From Mobula hypostoma (taxonomy: Eukaryota): a DNA stretch of 64,000 bases. This document shows, in pieces, positions 63,917 through 64,000 of the stretch. The stretch covers positions 22,942,001 through 23,006,000 of the forward strand of contig NC_086097.1 of assembly GCF_963921235.1 (NCBI RefSeq). The letters are read 5' to 3'. The translations under genes were made by a program, and so were the position numbers. Numbering within the stretch: the stretch's first letter is position 1; every line of letters begins with the position of its first letter. The notes beneath the pieces were generated by a model that was given only the letters and a program-made list of their open reading frames with translations, was not told the origin of the DNA and made no database searches.

Positions 63917-64000
63917 GTACAGACAGAGTCCATAGAGGGAAGATTGGCCCCTGTGATGTACAGACAGAGTGCATAGAGGGGAGATTGACCCCTGTGATGT
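63917..64000. repeat. 41-bp tandem repeat, continuing past the window end
   Basis: GTACAGACAGAGT(C/G)CATAGAGGG(A/G)AGATTG(G/A)CCCCTGTGAT twice plus the start of a third unit. Confidence 0.85.

Overview
Non-coding, transposon-saturated eukaryotic DNA. The repeat complement (CR1 and Rex1/Babar LINEs, V-SINEs, CORE-like SINEs, Penelope-like elements, Tc1/mariner and hAT MITEs, Gypsy-type solo LTRs) suggests a vertebrate, probably a cartilaginous fish such as a ray (inference). I could not identify any host protein-coding exon or RNA gene, and every recognisable ORF is a TE remnant. The most notable hidden signal is about 20 intact or decayed copies of a minimal type I hammerhead ribozyme (AGUC-CUGAnGA-stem II-GAAAC-GUC-GACU, palindromic ACGU helix III) carried by Penelope-like element (PLE) 3' ends from three PLE families. 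One tandem junction falls at the predicted cleavage site. Many short insertions begin at the ribozyme. Several insertions are inverted tail-outward pairs inside a single target-site duplication (TSD). A few repeat-free islands look like conserved enhancers. All coordinates were read by eye, and boundaries of decayed repeats are approximate.
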